DNA from: an uncultured virus (IMG/VR IMGVR_UViG_3300044998_001320)
Taxonomy: Duplodnaviria > Heunggongvirae > Uroviricota > Caudoviricetes
Direction: 5' to 3' (one strand)
Virus record (IMG/VR): IMGVR_UViG_3300044998_001320
DNA: 64,000 bases
Shown: positions 1-10,700 of the stretch, piece after piece
Numbering within the stretch: the stretch's first letter is position 1
Layout: each line of letters begins with the position of its first letter
The notes under the pieces: model-generated
What the model saw: the letters and a program-made list of their open reading frames with translations, nothing else
What the model was told of the DNA's origin: nothing
The model's database searches: none
Program-made: the position numbers and the translations under genes

Positions 1-3000
1 TGTCGGGTGGCTTTACTCAGGCGGGCGTGCTGCTGTCAAATTTTGCCCCGGGGCTGGCAGCTCCCTTGTTCGTGATTAACGACGTGCTCGACACGATCGG
101 GATGGCCAGTGAGAACCTGCCGGCCTTGAGGGATGCATTTGCTGGTATCAAAGGTCAAGTGGGTAATGTTTCAGTGCTGTTCGGGGGGATGGCAGGCAGG
201 CTGTCTATTGCCAAGTCAGCGATCGTTGACCTAGCTAAGTCAGGACTGAGCAGTCTTGGAGGGCTGATTTCTGTTGTTCCCAATCTCAGCGGGGCGATGT
301 CCTTTTTTGGATTGACCTCAACAGCAGCAAACATAGCCCAGGCGACCACGGCAGGCATGGCGGCGGCGGCTACGGCAACCCAAGCGGCGATCACAACCAG
401 TAGCACCTCAGCTATGGCGATCGGCTTCGGGGGACTGGGAACGGCGGCAGGGGCCGCTTGGACGGCAATCACAGGGCCGTTGCTTCCCTTTATCGGCGGG
501 GCGGCGGCAGTCGTGGCAGCAGTGGTGCTCATCAAAAAAGCTTTCGATAGCAACTTCCTGGGAATCCGTGATCGGGTGACAGGGGTATTCAAGGCGATTA
601 GCGAGGTGGGTGCTTGGCTGTTGACCCCGTTTCAGGCGATCGGCACGGCAATCCAGGGCGCGATCACATCGATTACTCATGGATGGCAGGCAGTTCAGGA
701 CACAGTGTCCGGTGTGCTGGGATTCCTGCCAAGGTTGGCGTTTAGTGCGGGCGAGGGGCTGGTGAACGCCCTGAACCACAACCCCACGGTGCGCATCCCC
801 ATTGCTTGGGATGGAGCTGAGGCGCGGGTGACGGAATCGATTCAAGCGATCGTCCCCGTGGCGGAAACGACGGGGGCCCAGTTGACGGAAGCCCTATCGA
901 ACCAGCCGGTAATTCAGCCGGTCGTGGCTGGGGTGACAGGGATGGCAGCGCAACCGACACAGCAACCCGCACCAATCCCATCAATGACCTCACTTGCGCC
1001 GATTACTGTGGGGGTCGCGGGGGTTGTGACGCAGCTTGACCACCTGAAATCGGCGGCTATCGAGACGATTGGGGCGATCAATGTAGAGCCGGTCACGAAG
1101 GCGATCACTGCAACCCGCGAAGGCATTGGTGGGCTGATCCATGGATTCATGCAGTTGACTTTAGCCGCGCTGCCATCCCTGTTGCCGGTGGGCTTGGTGT
1201 TGGGAGGCGTCGCCTTAACGGCAGTGGCCGTGGCAACCAACTTCCTGGGGTTGGGGACGATCGCCAGAGCGGTATTCGATGGATTGCTTGGAGTGATCGC
1301 GGGGGTACGTCGAGCTTTCAGCGGCGTGATCCAAATTGTGCAGGGAGTGATCAATGTGTTTCAAGGCATGGGCGCAGCCTTGTCCGGCGATTGGTCGTTG
1401 CTGCAAATCGGATTAACCCAAATTCGGAGCGGGTTCCAGTTCGTGTTTGGCGGGCTAGGGGCGATCGTCCGCTCGGGATTGGAAGCGGCCAGGGGGGTTC
1501 TAAATGGCTTTGCCCAGGGAGTACAGCAAATTTGGGCAGTTGTCAAGCAATTCCTGGGGCCCGCTGGCGACCTGATTGATAGCATCTTTGGACGGATTGG
1601 CACGACGATTAGGCAGATTACAGGGCAAGTCGAGTACCTAGTCAGCAAACTGTCCGGGGTTGGACAGGCGATCTCCAATTCTCCCCTTGGTAAGCTGTTT
1701 GGTGGCAACAAGGGGACTAAAGTCGCAGCCCCAGAGCCAACTCAGCAGCCAGGGCTGCCAGGAGTCGTGCCCAACCCTACCAACAAGAGGACAGAAGTCA
1801 AGGACTCAATCAAAACCGCCGCGATCACCACGAATCAAATCACCACTGCCCAGACAGCGCTGGGTAGCCTCGGATCAATCGCTGGGGTTGTTGCACCGCA
1901 ATTGTCTGAGCCGATCGCAGCAGTGTCGTCGCTTTTTGATGGGTTCGCAGGATTGGCAGGGCTGCTCCCTCTGATTTCGTCAGCGATGGCGTTCTTTGGA
2001 GGCGCAACTTCGATTGCAAGCGCTGGAATGGCTGCGATATCAGCCGGGTTCGCGGGGTTGGCCACGGTGGCAGGCGCCGCCTGGGCAGCGGTCACGGGCC
2101 CCTTGCTGCCGGTCATCGCAGCGATTGGATTGGTTGGCGGAGCTATCTGGGCAATCTCACAAAACGTTGGAGGGCTAGGCGATGCATTCCGAGCCGTTTG
2201 GGAGGCAACGATTCAGCCCTTCTGGACGGCAATCTCGGAATCCAGCATGGCAATCCGCAAATCCCTTGATTTGATCGGGCGGGCAATTTCCGAAACATTT
2301 GGAGTGCAAGCAACCGGGCCTTTGAACTTATTTGGCAAGCTGGCGACGGGGGTGTTTACCCTGCTTCTGCTGCCAATTCGGGTTCTCTTGACCACGATCG
2401 GGGGAGTTATCAGGCTGGTTGGGGGGCTGGTGGCGGCGGTGCTATCCGGAGTGGCATCGATTGTACGGGTGGTGTTGTTTCCGGTGTCACTGGTCATACG
2501 AGGATTGGAAGCCCTAAGAGCGGCGGTCTGGTGGGTCGTGGATAGTGTGACTAGGGCGATGCTTAATCCACTGGAGGCAATCGGTTCGGTGGTTGGCTTT
2601 GTAGCCCAGATGATTGGTTCGGTGATGCCCCTGGTAGAGGCGATCGGGCAGGGGGTCTGGACAGGAGTTCAAGCGATCGGAGGGGTGCTGTCTGGTGGGA
2701 CAGCATTGATCACGACTCCCTTGTCTTGGCTAGTGACAACGATTGGAGTGATTGGACGATCAGTCGCGGGGTTATTGTCCCTGGTGTTCGGGGGGTTGGG
2801 CGATCTGGCTAGGACAATCGCTTCCGGACTTGGCAGTATCTTTCAGACGATCGTCAGTCCATTTCAACTGGCAATCGGCCTGATCGGACGGCTAATAAGC
2901 GCGGTGTCTGGAGTTGCAGGGGTGATCGGAGGCGCCTTTGGGGCGGTCAATCGGCTAATCAGCGGGGCGATTACTGGGCTTTGGTCGCTCTTGCCGCTGC

Positions 3001-3518
3001 CGATTCGTTGGGTGATTGAGCAGGCCAGTCAAGGGGTGGCTTGGGTTGCCAGTACAATAACCGGCGCTGGCACTGGTCAAGTTCAGGGCGCAGTGGAACC
3101 TCAACGCTTTGCGGTGGGCGGGCTGGTTCAAGGGGTTGGCGGGCCGACGGATGATCGGGTTCCGGCGTTGTTGTCAGCCGGAGAGTTTGTAGTTAATGCG
3201 GCGGCGACGGCGGCAAATCTCCCCTTGCTGGCAAGCCTGAATGCAGGTGGGGCGATTGCGTCTTTACCCGCGCCAATGCCACTACCAATGCCGCTACCCA
3301 TCCCGCTGCCCGTCCCGGCAACAGCACCAATCGCAGCAGGTGGATCCACGATGGCATCCCCAGAAATTCATGTTCATGTGAACGTGACAATCAATGGGAT
3401 GCCTGAAGAGGTGGCTAAGACCCTGGGCGATCGGGTTTTAGATGAACTGGCCTACAGCGAGCAATTCCAACGCGGGATTCGTGATCAGTTGCGTGACCTG
3501 GTGGAATTCAGTAAGTAG
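1..3518 (+). CDS. Tail tape measure protein (5'-truncated by the window edge)
   Basis: >1160 aa Ala/Gly-rich amphipathic repeats (GAAWxAxTGPLLP twice); C-terminal FAVGGLVQGVGGPTDDRVPALLSAGEFVVNA motif typical of tape measures. Confidence 0.9.
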   Translation, partial: SGGFTQAGVLLSNFAPGLAAPLFVINDVLDTIGMASENLPALRDAFAGIKGQVGNVSVLFGGMAGRLSIAKSAIVDLAKSGLSSLGGLISVVPNLSGAMSFFGLTSTAANIAQATTAGMAAAATATQAAITTSSTSAMAIGFGGLGTAAGAAWTAITGPLLPFIGGAAAVVAAVVLIKKAFDSNFLGIRDRVTGVFKAISEVGAWLLTPFQAIGTAIQGAITSITHGWQAVQDTVSGVLGFLPRLAFSAGEGLVNALNHNPTVRIPIAWDGAEARVTESIQAIVPVAETTGAQLTEALSNQPVIQPVVAGVTGMAAQPTQQPAPIPSMTSLAPITVGVAGVVTQLDHLKSAAIETIGAINVEPVTKAITATREGIGGLIHGFMQLTLAALPSLLPVGLVLGGVALTAVAVATNFLGLGTIARAVFDGLLGVIAGVRRAFSGVIQIVQGVINVFQGMGAALSGDWSLLQIGLTQIRSGFQFVFGGLGAIVRSGLEAARGVLNGFAQGVQQIWAVVKQFLGPAGDLIDSIFGRIGTTIRQITGQVEYLVSKLSGVGQAISNSPLGKLFGGNKGTKVAAPEPTQQPGLPGVVPNPTNKRTEVKDSIKTAAITTNQITTAQTALGSLGSIAGVVAPQLSEPIAAVSSLFDGFAGLAGLLPLISSAMAFFGGATSIASAGMAAISAGFAGLATVAGAAWAAVTGPLLPVIAAIGLVGGAIWAISQNVGGLGDAFRAVWEATIQPFWTAISESSMAIRKSLDLIGRAISETFGVQATGPLNLFGKLATGVFTLLLLPIRVLLTTIGGVIRLVGGLVAAVLSGVASIVRVVLFPVSLVIRGLEALRAAVWWVVDSVTRAMLNPLEAIGSVVGFVAQMIGSVMPLVEAIGQGVWTGVQAIGGVLSGGTALITTPLSWLVTTIGVIGRSVAGLLSLVFGGLGDLARTIASGLGSIFQTIVSPFQLAIGLIGRLISAVSGVAGVIGGAFGAVNRLISGAITGLWSLLPLPIRWVIEQASQGVAWVASTITGAGTGQVQGAVEPQRFAVGGLVQGVGGPTDDRVPALLSAGEFVVNAAATAANLPLLASLNAGGAIASLPAPMPLPMPLPIPLPVPATAPIAAGGSTMASPEIHVHVNVTINGMPEEVAKTLGDRVLDELAYSEQFQRGIRDQLRDLVEFSK

Positions 3519-3595
3519 CGATCAAGATTGACCGTATCGCTATTCCGTTTTGTTCAGATTTGCATTAAAATCAGTGCAAATCCAAACGAATAATC

Positions 3596-3763
3596 ATGTT
3601 CGATATCGTCATCGCCGCTATCGTCATCGCTACGCCACCGAGTACAACGCAATGTCCTCCTAGGCGTGGAGACGAGCGACGACAACATTGCACAAACACG
3701 CAAACACGCAAGGAAAGCAAAAATGGCAACCCCTGGAAAGCTGGCAAGGCTTGTATTAGATGA
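3596..3763 (+). CDS. Small unannotated ORF, 55 aa, hydrophobic N-terminus plus PRRGDERR motif (PatX-like layout)
   Basis: Translated by hand: MFDIVIAAIVIATPPSTTQCPPRRGDERRQHCT...; preceded by a palindrome; below the ORF-track length cutoff. Confidence 0.4.
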   Translation: MFDIVIAAIVIATPPSTTQCPPRRGDERRQHCTNTQTRKESKNGNPWKAGKACIR

Positions 3764-4295
3764 GAATGATCTTTTAGTGGCGCTGACCGATTGGCTTGAG
3801 TCACTAGACACAGATGACTCTGCCGATCAGACCGCCGCTATAGAATCGACTCTTGAAGCCTTGCGCACTGATCAAGCCAGGACAGTTGACGCGCTCGTAG
3901 ACCTGGAGATGAGGCTTGATTGCGACGAGGCGGCAGCCCGAGCCGGAAAAGCTCGAATGGTAGAACATTGGGATCGTCGCATTAAATCAATCGCCGGTCA
4001 GCGCAAGGCTTTGGCTGACGCGATCTTGCGTCTAACCCAGCAGGGGTTACTCCCTGATCAGATCCACGGACAACTGCACAAGATCTCAATCACAACAGCC
4101 CGCGAAGTTGAGGTTGTTGACCTCAATGCTTTACCAGAAGATTGCCTGCGAGTCAACCCAGAGCCAAATAAACTAGAAATCAGGAAGCGTCTGTCCGCAG
4201 GGGAAGAAGTTCCCGGAGCTCGTTGGGGGGAACGAAAGGTGGTCAAGTTTGGACACATCACTCAGCGAGATCGGAGAAATCAATCTCTCTCCTAG
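3723..4295 (+). CDS. Siphovirus Gp157-like protein
   Basis: Coiled coil followed by VEVVDLNALPEDCLRVNPEPNKLEIRKRLSAGEEVPGA; ATG 3723 has an upstream AAGGA. Confidence 0.8.
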   Translation: MATPGKLARLVLDENDLLVALTDWLESLDTDDSADQTAAIESTLEALRTDQARTVDALVDLEMRLDCDEAAARAGKARMVEHWDRRIKSIAGQRKALADAILRLTQQGLLPDQIHGQLHKISITTAREVEVVDLNALPEDCLRVNPEPNKLEIRKRLSAGEEVPGARWGERKVVKFGHITQRDRRNQSLS

Positions 4296-4315
4296 GCGTC
4301 CAAATTTTCTGGATC

Positions 4316-4346
4316 CACAAGCCCGCCTTTACAGGGCGGGCTTGTG
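4316..4346. terminator. Hairpin between convergent genes
   Basis: CACAAGCCCGCC-N7-GGCGGGCTTGTG, perfect 12-bp stem. Confidence 0.65.
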
Positions 4347-4381
4347 CTTGGAGCGATCAAATTCAAATCAGAAAGGCTCAG

Positions 4382-5908
4382 TTACTGAGATTCTTCTTTC
4401 TGCTGAGATATGTAGGCTTCAAGATTTTTCCATGCGTCAACAGCGGGGATTGACATCTTGTCCTTTGTGAGGCGGTCAAGAAAATCCTTTTGGGTAGTGT
4501 AGGGCGCACCGCTTCGCAAGCGCCGCACATCGGTATCATTCTTAAACCCAAGAATTTCCTTTAGCTCACGGTCAGTCTTGCTGTTGATCAACCTGTTCAG
4601 GGTGTTCAAGGCTTGCTGCTCAGAGGAGACACCTCCACTTCCTAAGCCCGCAAGTACTGATTCTTTGGCCGCTTCGCCACCCTTGGATCTCAATCGCAAT
4701 CCACAAGATCCAAAGTTTTGGAGTCGGCGGGTTAGCTCAGGGTTTACAAATAAGGGAGACTTATTGCTCCAATCGCCAGTGGTAATGGCCTTTAAAGTCT
4801 CTTCGTAAGCTGACCGGGCAGATCCATAGACGGCGACTAGGCGATCAGGTAATCCAGTGGGATTACCACTGGCGATTGCCTCAGCAAACCGACGGGCTTC
4901 GGCGGTCGACTTACCGACACCATCTTCGTTTTGAGCAATGATGAGGGCAAGGTCTTCCTTGAGTTTAGCGTTGAACGCCGGATTTTGCAATGTACTGCCA
5001 GGAATTTTGCCGGCGATCGCGAGCTGTACACGGGCGTTAGGCGACAGTCCCGACAACCCTTCGCTATTCAACTTGTTTCCTAAAATCAGCTCTTCTACCT
5101 TGGCGGCCTCTTCCTTGAGGCAAGGGTGAAGCAGGCGCTCAGCAACGGAGGCTTCACCTTTTCGATCACGGTCGGACTGGGATTCGTCTTGACGAAGATC
5201 CTGGAGGATCGACGGGCCTAAAGGACGAGCCAGACTATGCTGGCTAACAACGCCGCCTAATAGCTTAAAGCTTAGCTCAACTACGGCGTGACGATACCCC
5301 GCAATTCCACCAGGTAGCGGTGTGTCATATGTGGGCTGGATCTCCGTACAAACACAGGGGTCAGCTTCGATTTTGCCCTGCCGAACCAAGAGGGTCGGCG
5401 GGGTATTGGTGTCAGGTTGAATCTCCTGAAGTAAGGACAGGTTTTCAACTAATTGAGACACATCCTCGTGCTCTGACCAGAACTCTAGGGAGAACCGGAA
5501 CGTACGAGCTGAAACGCCATCGAACTGACTGCCCACGCGGATTCCTTTCTCGGAGCGATCAGGCCAGTTAGCCTGCTGACTTTGACTGACCTCTGAAACC
5601 CCAATCCCTAGAAGTGATCGCCCGGTGGGATTCAGATCAAGGGTCTCTCCCTTGAGCGTGCCGGTCAGGAAGGTGATCTCGATCGGGGCATAGAACGCTG
5701 GGCGGGTTGCGGCGCGGGTCTGCCGATCAATCACTGATCGGGGGTTGTTTTTCTGGGGGGCATTGCGAGTATTGGGGGGCGGCGCTGGGTTGGCTGTGTT
5801 GCTCGCGACCCTAGGCTGTCCCGCTACCGGACTTGGGGTGTTGGCGGGAGGCGCACCGGGTCTAGGGGTTGGGGCGATCGGCTGGGTTGGCTTGGGGTTG
5901 GTCGGCAT
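4382..5908 (-). CDS. Tail tube initiator / gpU-like baseplate protein with Pro-rich N-terminus and helical C-terminal extension
   Basis: SQFDGVSARTFRFSLEF...PPTLLVRQG...CVCTEIQPTY...HAVVELSFK pattern of gpU/CIS-tube-like domains; ATG 5908 preferred over the ORF-track start, which lies inside the repeat. Confidence 0.6.
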   Translation of the reverse strand: MPTNPKPTQPIAPTPRPGAPPANTPSPVAGQPRVASNTANPAPPPNTRNAPQKNNPRSVIDRQTRAATRPAFYAPIEITFLTGTLKGETLDLNPTGRSLLGIGVSEVSQSQQANWPDRSEKGIRVGSQFDGVSARTFRFSLEFWSEHEDVSQLVENLSLLQEIQPDTNTPPTLLVRQGKIEADPCVCTEIQPTYDTPLPGGIAGYRHAVVELSFKLLGGVVSQHSLARPLGPSILQDLRQDESQSDRDRKGEASVAERLLHPCLKEEAAKVEELILGNKLNSEGLSGLSPNARVQLAIAGKIPGSTLQNPAFNAKLKEDLALIIAQNEDGVGKSTAEARRFAEAIASGNPTGLPDRLVAVYGSARSAYEETLKAITTGDWSNKSPLFVNPELTRRLQNFGSCGLRLRSKGGEAAKESVLAGLGSGGVSSEQQALNTLNRLINSKTDRELKEILGFKNDTDVRRLRSGAPYTTQKDFLDRLTKDKMSIPAVDAWKNLEAYISQQKEESQ

Positions 5909-5947
5909 CGGCGGGTCTACTAGAGTCCACTCCAATCCTACCGCGGT

Positions 5948-6529
5948 CGAACATTTACTCGACAATCGGTGAAACCCTTACGGCGCGGGCGGTTGCTGCA
6001 CCAGAGCGAGACTAAATGTTCGCAATCTCGCATTTACTTCACGAGCGCAACGGCGACCGCTTGAAACCCGGGCTGGAGGTGGAACCGAGCAAATGGCAGA
6101 AGTAAATGTTCATCTCGCATTTACTTTATAGGTAACGCCTGAAACTCTTGCGGAACAAGGGTTTCACGACTAAATGTTCATCTCGCATTTAGTCCGAGTA
6201 AATGTCATTTTCAACATTTAGTCGGCGTCTTTTTGGCGGCTTGTCCTTGTTTGTATTTATTTATTACGGGCCAAAAACGCGCGCGTGTGCGTGCATGCGC
6301 GCGAATATCACAACCAGAGCATGCTGTCAAGTGGTTGACGAGAAAAACTGCCGATCAAATCTCAACAACGGATCGACATGAGATGGGGTTTGGTAGTTAA
6401 TGGTGCTCGCGCGTTTTGCGGCTGATTCCAGGGGCGTGAAGGCGGCTTGCTGGCAAGTCAGGTATGTTGGGATGTTTAGCCCTAAAACAGGCGGCAAATT
6501 GGGGTGGTTTTTTGGGGGTGGCGATTAAG
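5948..6529. repeat. 582-bp non-coding direct repeat, copy 1
   Basis: Identical to 56686-57267 except T6404/C57142 and T6465/G57203 (compared by eye). Confidence 0.95.
6300..6330 (-). promoter_or_regulatory. Possible sigma70-type promoter inside the repeat, facing the palindrome array (also in copy 2 at 57038-57068)
   Basis: Perfect TTGACA at 6330-6325; only a weak -10 (TGTGATATTC). Confidence 0.35.
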
Positions 6530-6605
6530 TTGGCGATCAAGGTGGGTCGACGTAGCGGGCAAAATGATCGCCATGTGCTTTTTATGACAATGGGCGGTGC
6601 GCCAC

Positions 6606-7076
6606 TCAGGCTAATCCAAAAAAAGGCTGTCCGTTCAAGGTTAGGTCGCTCACGAACGCCAACATGCCATTGTTGTATCGCGCTCCAGCGTATTCGTAGT
6701 ACCCAAAAGTGAGCAAATCTTCTGTGGCATAGCGAGTGGGGACAAACCGGATGTATGCCCGCAGTTGTCCTGTGCCGTGATCCACTTTGGTTTCTACGTA
6801 GATTGACTCAATACCTCTTACCCAGCGTTTAATTTCCTGTCGCGCAGCATAGGCCCAGTATTGAGGGGCCACGTTATTGAGGTTCTCGAACAGATCAGGA
6901 GCTAGCCCCTTGTCGGGGTGGATATAGTCCTCCCCTTTGCGGGTTAGTAGCACAGTCAAAATCCCAGAGGAGATTTGGCGTGTGCCGCTGACGATTTGAA
7001 GCTGCCCTGTGCGATCGTCGTGGGCAGGCCATAGCGTCCAGCTAGAGCCAAGGTGAGCATAGGGGTCAGTGAACAT
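6606..7076 (-). CDS. Baseplate gp25/gpW-like protein
   Basis: ILTVLLTRKGEDYIHPDKG...IKRWVRGI matches the gp25 pattern LxTxxGERxxxPxFG; next to the tube gene. Confidence 0.8.
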   Translation of the reverse strand: MFTDPYAHLGSSWTLWPAHDDRTGQLQIVSGTRQISSGILTVLLTRKGEDYIHPDKGLAPDLFENLNNVAPQYWAYAARQEIKRWVRGIESIYVETKVDHGTGQLRAYIRFVPTRYATEDLLTFGYYEYAGARYNNGMLAFVSDLTLNGQPFFGLA

Positions 7077-7178
7077 GGTGCGGATTTGATAGCAGAAAGC
7101 GGCCAATCTTGTTAGACCGGCCGCCAATGTGAGGATGAAGATTAGCGGGTTGCCGTAATTCTCATGAGCTAATCCTCT

Positions 7179-7694
7179 TTACAATCCATCAATTCCCTTG
7201 TACATCGGCTTGATGTTGTCGTAAGAGATCGTCATTTTCATGAGCTGATCCTCTTCAGAATCCATCTCACCACCCGGCAAATCGAAGGATGTTGGCCACA
7301 TACCATAGACAGTGAACTCTTCGTTCTTCCTAGCACTGCCTGCGGCGGTTTGACCTCCACCCATAAATAGACGGTGGTAAATGATTCGCCCGTTGCGTTT
7401 GTATTCTGGTTTAACCCCGTCCCTTGACAAATCAAAGGCTTGATAAGCCCAGACAATCAAGGTATCCAAAGAGGACTGATGTGCAAGTTGAAACTCGACA
7501 TCGAATGTTCCTGGCTTTGAGACACCGGTGGGAACCTGAGTTCCATCCTTCAGCGTGATGATGCCGTTTTCCTGTGTGATATCGCCGATCGAGGTGGTGA
7601 TAATCGCTGAGGTACCAAAACCATCAATGATTAGCTCAACCTGAGACTTTCGGAAGACGTTACCTTCAAGAACGCCTTTAACTTGGATTGACAT
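7179..7694 (-). CDS. Tail tube protein
   Basis: 171 aa directly after sheath; YKRNGRI...FTVYGMWPTSFDLPGGEMDSEEDQLMKMTISYD, T4 gp19-like. Confidence 0.85.
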   Translation of the reverse strand: MSIQVKGVLEGNVFRKSQVELIIDGFGTSAIITTSIGDITQENGIITLKDGTQVPTGVSKPGTFDVEFQLAHQSSLDTLIVWAYQAFDLSRDGVKPEYKRNGRIIYHRLFMGGGQTAAGSARKNEEFTVYGMWPTSFDLPGGEMDSEEDQLMKMTISYDNIKPMYKGIDGL

Positions 7695-7709
7695 GATTTG
7701 AATCTCCTA

Positions 7710-10700
7710 CTAGTTGCGTCCCATAACTGAGCCAAAATCTGCAGACAGCACATCAGGCCCCAGGTTGATTGACAGTTGCTCCAGCACGCCTGCAGGAACC
7801 CACCGGACATCGATATCGAGCTTGCCTTGGATAATCCGCACGATCGCCTGCACCGCAGCCTGGTCGTTGACCACGTTCTGGGTGGGAGCCGACGAGTCCA
7901 TGAAAACGGCTTGCTGGAATGTGAGGTTATTGTTAATTGCCCCCTTGCGGTATTCATTTGCAAAGAATGCGTCCAGTTTCATCAGGATGACTTGCTGGAG
8001 CCTGGGGCTATTAGTCCGGAACAGCACCTCAAACAGCGATCGCGCCTCCAGGAAGATCCGAATGTAGTTCGATTGCGTGCGACGGATATGCAGGAAATCC
8101 CACAGTTGATTGATCGACGGCGCTCGAACACCCCAAATGACCGCGTTACCCTGGAGCATCTTGATCGTCTGAAGCCCTGCAACGTTGATCACCGCTTCGT
8201 CCTCGGGGTAAGCCTTGAAGGGCAGCGACAAAACTCCCGGCAAGATCTCGTTGACACCGGCAGCCGGGTCGTGGTAGCCCTGCACGACACTGGCTTTATA
8301 GGACTCCTTGCCCATCACCAGCCCCGAGAGCGTCACCAGTCGCTTGCCCGCCCCAAACGGGTTGGCAACGTAGCAGTAACTGGGGAATGCCGCTGACACG
8401 AAGTCTGATCGCCCCAGCTCTTCGTTGATGAAATTCTCGGCCATGGGAGCGCTGTTGTATGACAGCGGCACTTCCACTCGATACTCGAAAGCCCGCGCCG
8501 CTGCATAGTCCGCGCCGGCCTTCTGTACCGAGACGTCCGAAATTCCAGGGCAGGCGATCCGCACTAGTCCCAGGTTTTGTCCCCAGACAGCTCGTTCAAT
8601 GAAGTTGCCGCCAACCTCATTCCCGTCCGCCTCTAAAAACTGGATCCAGTGGTACGGAATCGTGTTAGCCAAGTCGCCGTCGTAGCCTCGGCGAAGCTGT
8701 TCGGTGTACGAGGCGATGAAATGATTCCCCACCTGGCTGTACAGCGACAGATCTGCACCAGGGTTTAGGATGATCAGCCCTGCGCGCGCTCCTTTGGTTA
8801 GGGCTGGCAGGTTCACAGCAAACGCCTTCTCTAGGTAGAGAAGCGTGTCTGACTGGATGAGCCGCACCTTGCGGGCCGTCTGGGATCTGGGGTCGTACAG
8901 ATAATCACCCTTGGTCAGCTCGGACGTAAACAGTGTGCCCACGCCATTGACCGTCGTGCCACTGCTGCTGATTGTGCCAGTCAGGTCAGCTTGGGCAACG
9001 GTGTCAAACGCGCTAAAGTGTTGACGCGGCAGGGAATAGGGATTCGGGTAGAATCGACCTCCACGGCCAGTTCCTCGCTTGAGTGCGTTGTAGTCAAGCT
9101 GTCCATAGACCCAAGCCTTATTGGCTTCGATCGCAACAATCCGTCCAGAGCCATTGGCAGGGCGCACGTCCATGCCAGGGCTGGTAGTGTAATCCGATTC
9201 CCACAGAGATCGTGCACGGATCCACTGAGGATAGTTCCCGCCATCGGTGCGATAACCGATGTTTTGCGCCTCCACAATCTCATCCACAAAGACCGGGCTG
9301 GTGGGGTCGAGGCTGGCATCGTCTATCTGCAAAACCTTGGAGCCATTAAAGAACACCTCCAAGCTAAAGTTCTCGGCGGGGTTCCGGAGTCCTTGCCCCA
9401 CTTTGACCTCTAGTCCTGTCTTGTTTTCAGAAGCTAAAGTGACAGAAGCAAATTGGTTTTGCTTCGTGATTGAGGCATTGGTGAAGCTGTCAGCAAAGGG
9501 GCGTTCAACCTTCAGGCTGGTGGCTGATGTGATCGATACGATCTTGACACTGCCGCTGCGCCGATTGGGGTCAACGATCCACTGCCCAACCTGGCACTCC
9601 GTCAGAAAGTTGGTACCTGTGCCGGACACCGTCGTGCTATCCGTCGTCAATTGGGATCCAGCCGTCAGCTCGGTGCTGAACCCGGACACCAGGGTTAGCT
9701 TGGTATTGCTGGTGATTGCCGCGATTTTGCGGCCTTGGCGATCGCCCGTAGGAGAAGAATAGTAAACCGTATCACCTACAGACAGATCGGTGGTAAAGTT
9801 CGTGCCTGTACCGGTGACCTCCAGGTTGTCGGTGCTGACCGTTGTACCTGAAGGAGCGTCCTGGGAAAAGGCTTCGGCGATCGTGGCAGTCGTGTTACTG
9901 GTAATTGACTCAATCCGTCGGGCCTCGCCATTCCAGTAGAGATTCTGACCGACCACCAGATCGTTCACGAAATTCGTGCCAGCGCCCGCCACGACGTTGC
10001 CGACAATCGTCACCGTTCCCGTTAGAGTCCGCTGGAGCGGGAAAGCAACCGTGCCGGTGATTGTGGTGTAGCGGTTGTAGCTGGCCGTACCAGTCAGAAT
10101 CGTTGGGCCCGAAATCCCATCGGTCAGCAGATTGTATTGGGCGGCCACCGTGAAAATCACCTCCCCAGTGGTGGGGTTGGCTGCGGTGTTGCCGACGATT
10201 CGATAGAGCCTGCCGGGTGCGCTTGTGAACTGAGCGTCGGCGCCATCAAACTCGTTAGACTCCACTCCGGGCGCAAATAGGGTAAATGTCCGAGTGGTGG
10301 CGACGATTACGGGGGTGCGGGGGATTTCATTGCCAGCGCCACCCCAGCGCCCACCATTCGCCGCCGTGATTTCCAAGGCATCACCACCCAGCCGGTTTTT
10401 GAGGATCAGCTTGGCAGGGCGACTCTTGCGCTCTAGGGGTAACCGGGCGACCCACAAGGTACCCCGCCCAGCGGAGGCACGGAAATAGCCGTCGATCGCA
10501 TCGGGCATTTGATGAGCGCCGTCATCAAACAAATGCCATCGTTCGTCATTAGGGTCGCCAAACAGGTTGTTGTACTCCCGCTTGCTGGAGACGGGGACTG
10601 CCACACCTTCAGGCCCCCGCTTTAAGACACCTAGGAAAAAGGCCGCGCCATAGTTTGCGTCAGCAAGGGGGCTGACGCCAGGGACTTCGCGTACCTTAAT

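Noticed and set aside
5948..6224. CRISPR array
   Set aside because: Units are non-identical, gaps are highly unequal (about 4-63 bp) and share a motif, and no cas genes are present
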